A stretch of DNA of 64,000 nucleotides from an uncultured Ktedonobacterales bacterium (GTDB lineage Bacteria; Chloroflexota; DTOL01; DAOUCN01), in contig CAYOEZ010000003.1 in assembly GCA_964402955.1 (NCBI GenBank), positions 588 through 64,587 of the forward strand, read 5' to 3'. Below are positions 17,637-26,489 of this stretch, piece by piece (the first letter of the stretch is position 1; each line of letters begins with the position of its first letter). The notes below the pieces were generated by a model. The model searched no databases and had not been told where the DNA came from. It saw only the letters and a program-made list of their open reading frames with translations. A program made the translations under genes and the position numbers.

Positions 17637-20600
17637 TCAGGGCCGAAGTATGACCGGGAGATACAACCGCGCCCCGATCACACCCTTCACGCGGACCACG
17701 GTGCTGCCGTCTACGTCCGGGCTGGTGAGGGTGATGGTGGTGGTATAGGTTCCCCGGGTCAGGCCGGCGCCATCCAGGGACAGGGTAACCTGGTCCGGGG
17801 TAGTACCCGCCGTGGCGCTCAGGTACAGCCAGGGTGCGCCGGCCAGGGCCTGCCAGGTGAGGGTTTGCCCAGGATCCTGGCTGTCAATGGAGAGACGGGC
17901 CGTTGCCATACCAAGGGCGGGCTCCAGCAGGATAGTTTCCGGCCCGGCCACCAGGCCAGGCAGCGGTGGGGGCAACTGACTCGGATCACTCACGACAACC
18001 ACCTGCACCGTGTCTGTCGCCACGCCGCCCACCCCGTCATCCGCCCGCACGGTAATCGTATGAAAGCCCTGGCTCAGGCTGGCCACTCTCAGGCCGGCCC
18101 CCTGCCCGAGTGCGCCATCCAGGTTCGATGACCACAGTACCTGGCTGTCGGCCATGCTGCCCGTGTCCACGTCGTAGGCCACCGCCTCCAGGTCGAGCGT
18201 CTGCCCGGCGGCCACGGCGGTCATGCCTGTGGGCCGGGTGATGTGCACGGTGGGGATGCGGTTGGGCACGGTGAAGGTCCCGTCCGAGGCGTCGCTGGCG
18301 GTGTGGATACCGTCACTTGCCCAGACCCGGAAGCGCGCCTGGTTCCCGGCCGGGACGTTGGCCGCGTCTACTACAGCGCTCCGCCCGGTCTGATCCTGGG
18401 CCACCGTGAACCAGTTGGCGCCGTTGTCGGGGGTATACTGCACGATGAAGGACAGCGGATCGCCGTCCGGATCGCTGGCGGTCCAGGTGACGGTGATGGT
18501 GCTCCCTGAGAGGACCTCGCCGCCGTTGGGGGCGGTGAGAGTGACGACGGGCGCCCCGGCGCCGGCGCTGACGCTGCCAAGAACTGCGCCGCCTGCGCCC
18601 TCGATCTCGACCCGGTTCGTGCCTGCCACATAGGGCACCAACTCATTGATCAGCAGGCCTGTCACAGAGCGCCCCGAGCTCGCGGCCGGCGCGGTTGGGC
18701 CGCCGTCTACTTGTTGCGGTGTGAAGGGGTAGCGGGCCAGCACTGCCCCCGCGCCATCGCGCAGAGTGATGGCATAGCTTCCCGGCACGCGCTCTTTCAC
18801 GTCCCCGGCGTTGGGGATGATGAAGAGCGGCTGCAAGCTAACCTGGCCCGTGGTGGCATCCAGGGTGCCCACCACCAGAAGGCGGTCGGTCTGGTCCAGG
18901 GTGCGGCGGTCGGCTGTAACGGCCGGGGCCGGCTGGAAGGTGTTCATCAGGCCTTCATAGGTAAACCGTCCCGTCCACTCGTTGTCACAGTATGTCATCA
19001 CGTCGTGCCAGGCCGGCCCGTAGATGGCCCGGGTGCCGGCGTCAAAGCCATAAACCGCGCCGTTGCCCGTGAGGTCAGCGCTGATACGCCCGTCGGGATA
19101 GGGGTAGGACGGGCCGAACTCGGCGCCGCAGAAGTTAGCGTGGCCGCGGCCGTAGGTGTGGCCCAACTCATGGCCGCCGTACCAATCGCCATAGGTGCCG
19201 TCAAAGTCCCAGCCCCAGTCGCGGGTGCCGGTGGGCCCGGAGGCGACCACGCCAACGGCGCAGCCGCGCATGAAGCCGGCGTTGTCGGCTACCATGGCAT
19301 AATAGCGGGACGCCAGAGGGATTGAGGGGTTGACAACCATATCCCAGAGCTTCTGCCCCGCCAGGAACGCATCGACCGTGGCGCAATTGGGATTGATCAA
19401 TTCGCCCCCGAGGGCCACGGCGGTGCCCCAGTCGCTGGTTCGCTCCCAGTACGTGTACCCGGAAATTGGATAGGCGCGCAAGAGCCAGTCCATCATGGCA
19501 TCGACGTCGCTGGCGGGCGGCCAGAAGTGGGTGCTGCCCACGTTGTAGCCCAGCCGGTAAACCATGACTGCGATGGGAGACCCGGGCTGGAACGTCACGG
19601 TCGTCGACTTGGTGTTGTTGGCGTAGGTCACCTCGACCGGGTCATGGACGCGCGCCGACGTCACCGGGTTGACCTCGGCGTTGATGGTGGTTGTGCCAAA
19701 GATGAAGTCGACGGGAAGCTCGAAAAGGAAGGCCTGGTCAAGCACGGCCCGGTCAGGCGACGGGCGCACCGTAATCTGCCCTCCGCTATTGATGGGCGCA
19801 AGCCGCATCGAGGCTCCCAGGCTGTTCGTGACGAACAGATCTGCGTAGGTCAGGTAATTGCCAGCGTTTGAGTGGACGTGGAAGCGCACGAAGGTGCGCT
19901 TGCCCGCCACCAGGGCGATGCTGTTGTTCAGGTCCTGGACGCTCTGCGTCACTTCAAGGGCATCGGCCACCAGGTCGGCAGTAACCACCGGCGTCACCGT
20001 GGCAGTGGATGTGGCCGTAGGGACGGAGGTCGGCGTCGCCGTGCAGGGTAGCGCGGAGACATACGTCAAGAGCAGGCGGGGTGGTGCTGCGCCGTGGCGG
20101 CTGGCGAAGGCGCGATAGCGCCCGTTGCCCGTCAGCATCAGCCCGTAGTTGGGCACGCTGCCCGCGTACCAGTCGCGGATAAGCTGGCTGACATCCCACA
20201 CCGTGTCAGTGCCCTGGCCGCGCGCAATTCCGCTGGCGACGGCGTCTTCGGCAGCCGGGCTGTTGTTCCAGGTGACGCCGCTTTCGGACCATGTCTGGCC
20301 AATGCGCAGCACGGTAACGAGCGCGTTGACGGGGCTGCCGCCATCGTCGCTGATGCGGGCCAAGAGCTGTGCCCGCAGGAGAATCGTCCCCGCCGGAATG
20401 GGCGGCAAGGTAAAGCGCAGCAGGCTGGACGTGACGCCGAACTGGGAGGCCCAGCCCTGCAGCCCTACAAGCAGCCCGGGTGCGCTGCCGTAGTTGGTAT
20501 TCGGGTTCAGACTGTCCTTATAGGTATCGGCCACGGGTATGATCGTCAGGACAGTGGCGAAGCTGCAGCCGACGGGAGGCGTATCGGTAGCCGTGGCGGT

Positions 20601-20780
20601 GCGCGTGCGCGTGCGTGTCGGCGTATAGGTCGCGGTGAAGGTACGGGTGGCTGTCCGGGTCGGCGTGGAGGTACTGGTGCCCGTAGTGGTGCTGGTGGCG
20701 GTGTTGGTGCTGGTCGCGGTGGGGAGAGTTGTCGGCGTGTTCGGGGCCAGGTCATCCCAGAACTTGTTGTCGGTCAGCAC
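17637..20780 (-). CDS. Secreted metzincin-type zinc metalloprotease body (Thr-rich linker, DNRLRE-like domain, HELGHTYGRGH protease, Ig-like repeats). No signal peptide of its own.
   Basis: HExxHxxGxxH motif. DNRLRE-style segment (ADTYKDSLNPNTNYG..LLRF..). Directly continues the frame of 20781-21260 across a TAG. Confidence 0.8.
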   Translation of the reverse strand: MLTDNKFWDDLAPNTPTTLPTATSTNTATSTTTGTSTSTPTRTATRTFTATYTPTRTRTRTATATDTPPVGCSFATVLTIIPVADTYKDSLNPNTNYGSAPGLLVGLQGWASQFGVTSSLLRFTLPPIPAGTILLRAQLLARISDDGGSPVNALVTVLRIGQTWSESGVTWNNSPAAEDAVASGIARGQGTDTVWDVSQLIRDWYAGSVPNYGLMLTGNGRYRAFASRHGAAPPRLLLTYVSALPCTATPTSVPTATSTATVTPVVTADLVADALEVTQSVQDLNNSIALVAGKRTFVRFHVHSNAGNYLTYADLFVTNSLGASMRLAPINSGGQITVRPSPDRAVLDQAFLFELPVDFIFGTTTINAEVNPVTSARVHDPVEVTYANNTKSTTVTFQPGSPIAVMVYRLGYNVGSTHFWPPASDVDAMMDWLLRAYPISGYTYWERTSDWGTAVALGGELINPNCATVDAFLAGQKLWDMVVNPSIPLASRYYAMVADNAGFMRGCAVGVVASGPTGTRDWGWDFDGTYGDWYGGHELGHTYGRGHANFCGAEFGPSYPYPDGRISADLTGNGAVYGFDAGTRAIYGPAWHDVMTYCDNEWTGRFTYEGLMNTFQPAPAVTADRRTLDQTDRLLVVGTLDATTGQVSLQPLFIIPNAGDVKERVPGSYAITLRDGAGAVLARYPFTPQQVDGGPTAPAASSGRSVTGLLINELVPYVAGTNRVEIEGAGGAVLGSVSAGAGAPVVTLTAPNGGEVLSGSTITVTWTASDPDGDPLSFIVQYTPDNGANWFTVAQDQTGRSAVVDAANVPAGNQARFRVWASDGIHTASDASDGTFTVPNRIPTVHITRPTGMTAVAAGQTLDLEAVAYDVDTGSMADSQVLWSSNLDGALGQGAGLRVASLSQGFHTITVRADDGVGGVATDTVQVVVVSDPSQLPPPLPGLVAGPETILLEPALGMATARLSIDSQDPGQTLTWQALAGAPWLYLSATAGTTPDQVTLSLDGAGLTRGTYTTTITLTSPDVDGSTVVRVKGVIGARLYLPVILRP

Positions 20781-21260
20781 CTAGCCTGCCAGGGGATTGG
20801 TATATTGGATCCAGTTCAGATTCACGACTGCACCGTCCACCGAGCTTGCAAACTCGGAGACATAGCCGGCCGGGTCGACCTCAAAGATGTTGTAGTACTC
20901 CCATATCCCCGGCGGCACGAGTCCATACCAGCCGATGCCGTTGGTGGACGTGCGGTCACAGAGTGTTCCCAAGGCATGGGGGTCGTTAGAACAGTAGAGC
21001 TGGACCTCCACCTCGGCCAGAGGCTGCCTCTCGTCCCCTTTCTGGCCGCGGAAGACCTGACCTTCCAACATCGGCGCGGAGAGGGCGGAGTCTGGCACGA
21101 CAGCCGTGGCCATCAGGCTGGCAGCGGTGAGGTGGCTCCCGACCTCAGCGGGCAGGGGGGCCAGGGAGGCTGGGGTATTGTTCAGCAGGCCGAGCAAGAC
21201 GAGCGCCACCAGGGTAAACAGGCCGGCGGTCAGCCGGAATGGGCCTCGTCGGTTAGTCAT
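20781..21260 (-). CDS. N-terminal fragment of the same protease (signal anchor plus SdrD-B/carboxypeptidase-regulatory-like fold), ending at an in-frame TAG
   Basis: AAGGAG SD before ATG 21260. TM/signal LTAGLFTLVALVLLGLL. Stop TAG at 20781-20783 falls inside a ..NPLAG*VLTDNKFWD strand motif. Confidence 0.7.
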   Translation of the reverse strand: MTNRRGPFRLTAGLFTLVALVLLGLLNNTPASLAPLPAEVGSHLTAASLMATAVVPDSALSAPMLEGQVFRGQKGDERQPLAEVEVQLYCSNDPHALGTLCDRTSTNGIGWYGLVPPGIWEYYNIFEVDPAGYVSEFASSVDGAVVNLNWIQYTNPLAG

Positions 21261-21550
21261 GATGCTCCTTACTGTACCAACGCTTGGGGCGGCCGGTGGG
21301 GAATGCTCCGAACTCGATACTATTGCATATATACAAACGCCTAACTAGCTGAAAAGGTACGGGGCCGGCCGGCAGAAGCCACGGCCAGAGACCAGCATCG
21401 ATTGAGCCTCTATTGGGCTGTACAACAGGCGTCCGAAGGCATGACCTGCTCCTGCACGAAGCTGAACCTGGGCTCTGTCTCGTTGGCCGACTATGCTGCG
21501 GGGAAGATCGGACGTCACAACGGGTATGGAAGGTCAATGCTCGCATGACG

Positions 21551-21820
21551 CTACAACTCGTCCAGTGCGACTTTGCCGGCGATGAGCGCCAGCTTGGCTG
21601 GACGGTGCTTCTTTTTGATCGCGGCTTCGCGGCGGCGGGCGTCGCCGGCGCTGGGCAGTTCTTCGGAGTAGACGAGGCGCAAGGGGAGACGCGCGCGGGT
21701 GTAGCGTCCGCCGCGGCCGGCCTGATGCGCTGCCAGGCGCGCCGCCAGGTCAGTCGTCCAGCCGCAATAAAGCATGCCGCCGCGGCATTCGAGGAGATAA
21801 ACGAAGAAAGACAAAGACAT
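21551..21820 (-). CDS. GIY-YIG nuclease superfamily protein (small, UPF0213/YhbQ-like)
   Basis: FFVYLLEC..G.LYCGWTTDLAARLAAH..G....YTR.. (GIY...YIG...R...E pattern). Starts 5 nt after the CHAT gene stop. Confidence 0.85.
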   Translation of the reverse strand: MSLSFFVYLLECRGGMLYCGWTTDLAARLAAHQAGRGGRYTRARLPLRLVYSEELPSAGDARRREAAIKKKHRPAKLALIAGKVALDEL

Positions 21821-21825
21821 TGAGG

Positions 21826-24800
21826 CTACCTATCCAGCGCCCTCACGTACAGCCCATTGCTTGTCGCCACAAGCAGGTCGTGCGGCTCGGCCGGGTGAAC
21901 GGCGATCGCTTGCACGAAGGGCGCGATGTCGCCGCTCCACTGCTGCCAGCTATCGCCGCCGTCGCGGCTGACATAGACGCCCTGGCTGCTGGTCCCGGCA
22001 AAAACTGTGGCTGGCGACGCGTCGGTTAACGCACGTGGCGTTACCGCCAGCGTCACCACCGCGATCTTGTCCAGTCCGACACGCGTCCAGGTCGACCCGC
22101 CGTTACTCCCTCGCCACACGCCGCCCCGACTGTCACCGGCAAAGATGTAGCCGCTACTGGGATCGATCGCCAGCGTATACACCGGGGCATCGTGCACCTG
22201 CGTCCACGTTCTTCCAGCGTCCTTGCTGCGATAGATACCGCTGCCGATACCGCTGCCCGATCCGGCATAGACGAGCGACGAATCGCGCGGGTCAACCGCC
22301 AGCGCCATCACCTGCGCCTGGCTGACAAGCGTGTCGGCTTTGATCCAGCGTTCTCCCTGCGTGTCGCTGCGATAGACCCAACCATTGCCGGCGCTGACAT
22401 AGAGCATCGCACTATTGGAGGGGGCAACAGCCAACACGACCGGCGCATCCTGGGACAGGCCCGTATTGATCGACTGCCATTTCATCCCCAGGTCTGTGCT
22501 CTTGAACACGCCATCGGTCGTGAGCACGTAAATCGTTGACGGTGAGGTGGGGTCTGCGACCAGGGATGAGATATCCTCTGTGCTCAAGCCCGTCTGGCGC
22601 GGCGTCCAGGTGCGCCCGCCGTCCGCGCTATAGAAGATGCCCTTGAGATAGGCGGCGACTAACATGCCGTCGCGCACCGCGGGGTCGCCAACGACACCCG
22701 ATACATTCAGCACATTGAGATTACCCTGCACCGCCGACCAGTTGCGCCCGCCATCCGTGCTGCGGAACAGACCGTCGCCCCAGGTCCCGGCCAGCAGGCG
22801 GAACGGCGCGGCAACGAGCACCTGCACCGAGCGCCCGGCCAGCCCGGCGCTGGCCGCGTCCCAGCGATCGCCGCTGTTGGCGCTGCGGAAGACGCGTCCC
22901 CCATCGGTGCCCACATAGAGCACCTGGGGATCAAGCGGATCAACGGCCATCGCCCGCACGCGCACATTGTCCATGCCCTGGTTGATAAGCGTCCACGTAT
23001 CCCCGCCGTCGCGCGTGCGATAGACGCCTTCGCCCGCCACCCCGGCGTAGACGATCTTCTCGTCATACGGGTTGCCAACCAGGTCGCGAATGTCCGGCTT
23101 CGGCTCCACCTTGCGCAGAGGCAATTCTTTCCATGTTGCGCCGTTGTCGAGCGTCAGGTAGACGCCGTTCTTGGCGCCGACATAGAGCCGTCCCGGACGG
23201 CCTGGCTTGGTCGGGACAGGATAGAAGACGTTGATATACTCGGCCGACGGCTGGCTCGCTGCGGCTTTCCAGGTGCGCGCCCCGTCGTCGCTCATATACA
23301 CACGTCCTGTTCCCGTGCCCGCCCACAAACGGGTGTGGTCCGCTTCCACGACAGCCGACAGCGCATAAATGTACCTGGAGTCGATACCGGTCGTTGCCGT
23401 GACCCAACTCTCTCCGCTGTTGTCGCTGCGGAATAGCCCGGCGCCATTCGTTCCGGCGTAGAGGATCGTCGGCGAGATAGGATCCAGCACGACGCTCCAG
23501 ATATGCTGGTTGGCCAGACCATTGTTGATGCCCTGCCAGGTCTGGCCGCCATCCGTTGACCGCTGCACGCCGCCGCCCCACGTACCCAGATAGATGCTCT
23601 GGCCCAGGCCATCGACGGCAATGCTGCGCACGATCGCCCCGCCCAGATTATCTGCCCGCACCCATCCCGCCGGCCGCGTGGGCGTCGCCGTCGGGGTCAC
23701 CACAGGAGATGGCTCTGGCGTCACATACACAATGATGATCGTCGTTGGCGAGACCAACTCGGTTTTCGCAGGAGCAGGCGTTGGCGGCAGCGGCGTTGCC
23801 GTGGGCGTGGCAACGCCAAAAGCGCGCCAGCCGCTATACAGCGCTACCACCGCGAGCAGGAAGATCACCCCCAGCAGTCCGGCCAGAACCGCCGGCGGCA
23901 AGGTTGGGCGTTGCAACTCAGCCGTCACCTTCGCTTCTATCTGGGGCAATAGCTCAGCCAGGTCGGGATAATCCGGCGCCTGGACCTGGATGCGTTCAAG
24001 ATTGTCCAGCGCCATACGCCAATGGCGCTTCCCGGCCTGGCGCTTTGCTTCGGCCATCAGCCTGGCCAACTCGATCTGGCGACGCGCCTCAAGCAGAGAT
24101 GGCTGAGCATCGGCGTGGCCGGACTCGGCAGCAACAACAGGAGCCAACGCATCGACTGCCTTCTGCCACTCGCCCTGCTTGTAGAAAGCCATGCCGTCGC
24201 TGTACAAACCGTCGAGACGCGCTTTTTCCGCCTGCGCCGCACCGATCCTGAGCGCCAGGGCATCGGCTTCTGCGGACGGGCTGCGCTGTTTGACCAGGTC
24301 AACAATGGCCAGCGCAGCGTCCCACTCTCCGGCGCTGAAATCCTTCTCAGCGCGAGCAATCATCTCGCTCGAGGTTTCAGCAATGCGCAGGGCAGGATCG
24401 CCATAGAAGATGAACGATGCCCAGGTGGCGTCGGTGGGCCGGTGCTCACGCACAATCGAGCGCGCCGCCTGTATGGCGTCGCCCGTGCTGGCGCCGTTGA
24501 GCAACGCGCCGTAGAAATTGATGGCAAAGTCGCGCGAACCAGCGTCGAAAATCGGCCACTGTGCACCGAGGAAACCGGCAGCGCCGCCGGAAACGAAGGC
24601 AGACGCCAATCCTTCGGCCTGCGGGCCCGTATAGCCTACTTCCCAACCCACTTCTTGCGCCTCACCCTGGCGCGCCGATGAGCAGGCATTGAGGAAAACG
24701 ATTGGCCGGCCGCGTAGAATGCCCTCGATCTGGCTGGCTGGAAGATTGCGGCCGCCGGCCAGGTGCAGACCGCTGCGATCGGGGTGTTCACCCTCGAAGA

Positions 24801-25458
24801 AGGCATGTCCGGTATAGTGGATGACCTCATAGCGACCCGACACCAGTGCCTGCTGTACGCCGATATAGGTGGCGCGCGAGCCGCGCAAGAGATCATAGGC
24901 AATGCCGCGTGCATCCAGAAGCGCCATCAACTCGTCGGCTTCCGTGTCGGCTTCGGGGAGATCGCCCAGGGGGTTGCTGATGATGAGGAACGTCGGTTCG
25001 GCTGTCACTGAGCCTTCCGGCCCGGCCACCCAGCGCGTGACCATCAAGCGGCGCGTGATGGGCGCGCGCAGACCCAGGAACGACTGCCCATCGTGCAGGA
25101 GTTCCCAGGGAATCTGGCTATCATTGGTTGAGATAATGAGCGAGACATCTAGATCGCGCAGAGCATTTTGGATGAGCGGGGGCAGGAAGAGACCATACAT
25201 GAGCTGGCCAAATTCCTCCAGGCTCCCCACCTCACAGACCTGCGCCATTGCCGACACGTCGCCACGGTACGGCGACTCGCTTCCCGCCTGGCGATTGATC
25301 AGCGCAGTGACGGCGTCTACAATGCGTACGATATCCTGGCGGTGCTCATTCCCAACCCATACCGTACCAGCCAACGCCAGCGGCCCTTTGCGTGGCGTCT
25401 CCAACGTGACCGTATAGCGGTCGTCGGCTTGTAGGATGGAGAGAACTGCAGAGTCCAT
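21826..25458 (-). CDS. Transmembrane CHAT-domain (caspase-like) protease with TPR-like helical region, one TM helix, Pro/Thr linker and ~13 Asp-box (BNR/sortilin-like) propeller repeats
   Basis: CHAT dyad motifs VIHYTGHAFF and VFLNACSS. TM LPPAVLAGLLGVIFLLAVVALYSGW (aa ~520-544). Repeated S/T-x-D-x-G-x-T/S-W boxes (RSTDGGQTW, RSDNSGESW, MSDDGARTW and others). Confidence 0.9.
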   Translation of the reverse strand: MDSAVLSILQADDRYTVTLETPRKGPLALAGTVWVGNEHRQDIVRIVDAVTALINRQAGSESPYRGDVSAMAQVCEVGSLEEFGQLMYGLFLPPLIQNALRDLDVSLIISTNDSQIPWELLHDGQSFLGLRAPITRRLMVTRWVAGPEGSVTAEPTFLIISNPLGDLPEADTEADELMALLDARGIAYDLLRGSRATYIGVQQALVSGRYEVIHYTGHAFFEGEHPDRSGLHLAGGRNLPASQIEGILRGRPIVFLNACSSARQGEAQEVGWEVGYTGPQAEGLASAFVSGGAAGFLGAQWPIFDAGSRDFAINFYGALLNGASTGDAIQAARSIVREHRPTDATWASFIFYGDPALRIAETSSEMIARAEKDFSAGEWDAALAIVDLVKQRSPSAEADALALRIGAAQAEKARLDGLYSDGMAFYKQGEWQKAVDALAPVVAAESGHADAQPSLLEARRQIELARLMAEAKRQAGKRHWRMALDNLERIQVQAPDYPDLAELLPQIEAKVTAELQRPTLPPAVLAGLLGVIFLLAVVALYSGWRAFGVATPTATPLPPTPAPAKTELVSPTTIIIVYVTPEPSPVVTPTATPTRPAGWVRADNLGGAIVRSIAVDGLGQSIYLGTWGGGVQRSTDGGQTWQGINNGLANQHIWSVVLDPISPTILYAGTNGAGLFRSDNSGESWVTATTGIDSRYIYALSAVVEADHTRLWAGTGTGRVYMSDDGARTWKAAASQPSAEYINVFYPVPTKPGRPGRLYVGAKNGVYLTLDNGATWKELPLRKVEPKPDIRDLVGNPYDEKIVYAGVAGEGVYRTRDGGDTWTLINQGMDNVRVRAMAVDPLDPQVLYVGTDGGRVFRSANSGDRWDAASAGLAGRSVQVLVAAPFRLLAGTWGDGLFRSTDGGRNWSAVQGNLNVLNVSGVVGDPAVRDGMLVAAYLKGIFYSADGGRTWTPRQTGLSTEDISSLVADPTSPSTIYVLTTDGVFKSTDLGMKWQSINTGLSQDAPVVLAVAPSNSAMLYVSAGNGWVYRSDTQGERWIKADTLVSQAQVMALAVDPRDSSLVYAGSGSGIGSGIYRSKDAGRTWTQVHDAPVYTLAIDPSSGYIFAGDSRGGVWRGSNGGSTWTRVGLDKIAVVTLAVTPRALTDASPATVFAGTSSQGVYVSRDGGDSWQQWSGDIAPFVQAIAVHPAEPHDLLVATSNGLYVRALDR

Positions 25459-25533
25459 AGCTCTCTTTATTGCTTACGCTAGATCGCCCCCTCGCAGGGC
25501 GGTTCTTGCTGCATATTGTCAGTATGATAAACG

Positions 25534-26382
25534 TCACAGGGTCAACGGAAGTTCCCATATTTTGCCCGATCTTTCGATGCGTACCAGATAGTGGCCGGGA
25601 GTAATGTCAGGAAAACGCGCTTCGCTCTCTCCCGGACGCACGGTCTTGATCTCCTGCGCCTGTCCCCTTTCATTGCACAGAGCAATGCGAACGCCGGTCA
25701 ACGTCTGCCCCGATGACAGCATCTTCATGGCAACCGCCAGCCAGCGCGCCTGCAGCGCCTCAGTCACATTCATAGAAATGCAGATATCTTGCGCCTGATC
25801 GTCCACGGAGAGCGACACCAGGTTGTCCCTGGCCTTGCTGCGCGGGCCACGCCGGGCAGCCGGCGCGGCGGCGTAGGAAACAGCCAGCCCGGGCGGCGGC
25901 GAGAAGAGCGCCTCGCCGAGCAATGCCAGAGCGGCGGGAATATCGAAGGCAAGACGGCGCACGCCTGCTTGCGCTTGCGTCCACAACTCGACGACGCGTT
26001 GCTGGGGCAGGAATGAAAGATCGAACGTAGGATAGCGCGGCGGCTCGGCCAGAGCGCCCTGCCCGACCAGCGCCATAACGCGCTCCCAGGAGGCCGCTTG
26101 CGCTGCACACGCCGCGCAGTGAGCCAGATGTGCGCCCACGGTTGCGATACCCTCACCCCCGCCAGAGCGGTAGGCGTCCAGTCGCGAGCGCGCCTCTGCG
26201 CAGGTTATCTCGTCTGCATCAGACGATTCTATGGCGCACACGAAACGCGCCATAGAACTGTGGCAGGCAGCGCAGCCTGTCACATGTGCGCGGGCTTCTG
26301 CCAGGTCACTCTGGGCAAGCCCCTGGTCAAACGCGCCTCGGGCAAGAATTTCTCGTGCAGATTGGCATTCAATCAACGCCAT
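25534..26382 (-). CDS. Putative anti-sigma factor with two zf-HC2-like H-x3-C-x2-C motifs and no obvious TM
   Basis: HVTGCAAC and HLAHCAAC motifs in the N-terminal 100 aa. Beta-rich C-terminus (..ITPGHYLVRIERSGKIWELPL). Located directly downstream of the ECF sigma gene. Confidence 0.65.
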   Translation of the reverse strand: MALIECQSAREILARGAFDQGLAQSDLAEARAHVTGCAACHSSMARFVCAIESSDADEITCAEARSRLDAYRSGGGEGIATVGAHLAHCAACAAQAASWERVMALVGQGALAEPPRYPTFDLSFLPQQRVVELWTQAQAGVRRLAFDIPAALALLGEALFSPPPGLAVSYAAAPAARRGPRSKARDNLVSLSVDDQAQDICISMNVTEALQARWLAVAMKMLSSGQTLTGVRIALCNERGQAQEIKTVRPGESEARFPDITPGHYLVRIERSGKIWELPLTL

Positions 26383-26489
26383 GCTCCTTAGACATGGAAC
26401 TCGTACGGTATGGGTAGACGGGACTATTGCGGCGTTCCGCAGCGAATCCTGAATCCTACTTCCGAACTATATGACGTAAAAGGCAGGGG

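Noticed and set aside
20781-20783. TAG read as pyrrolysine
   Set aside because: No pylS/pylT/pylBCD genes are in the window, and I know of no evidence for Pyl decoding in this kind of organism. A nonsense mutation, a sequencing error or ordinary readthrough is more parsimonious.
20094-21344. Long antisense ORFs opposite real genes (this one 416 aa; also 6750-7808, 37041-37940, 50941-52251, 58630-59544, 59957-60949, 60906-61742, 62733-63794)
   Set aside because: These are typical high-GC shadow ORFs. They are Arg/Gly/Ala/His-rich with no recognisable motifs, and each is fully overlapped by a gene with clear family signatures on the other strand.
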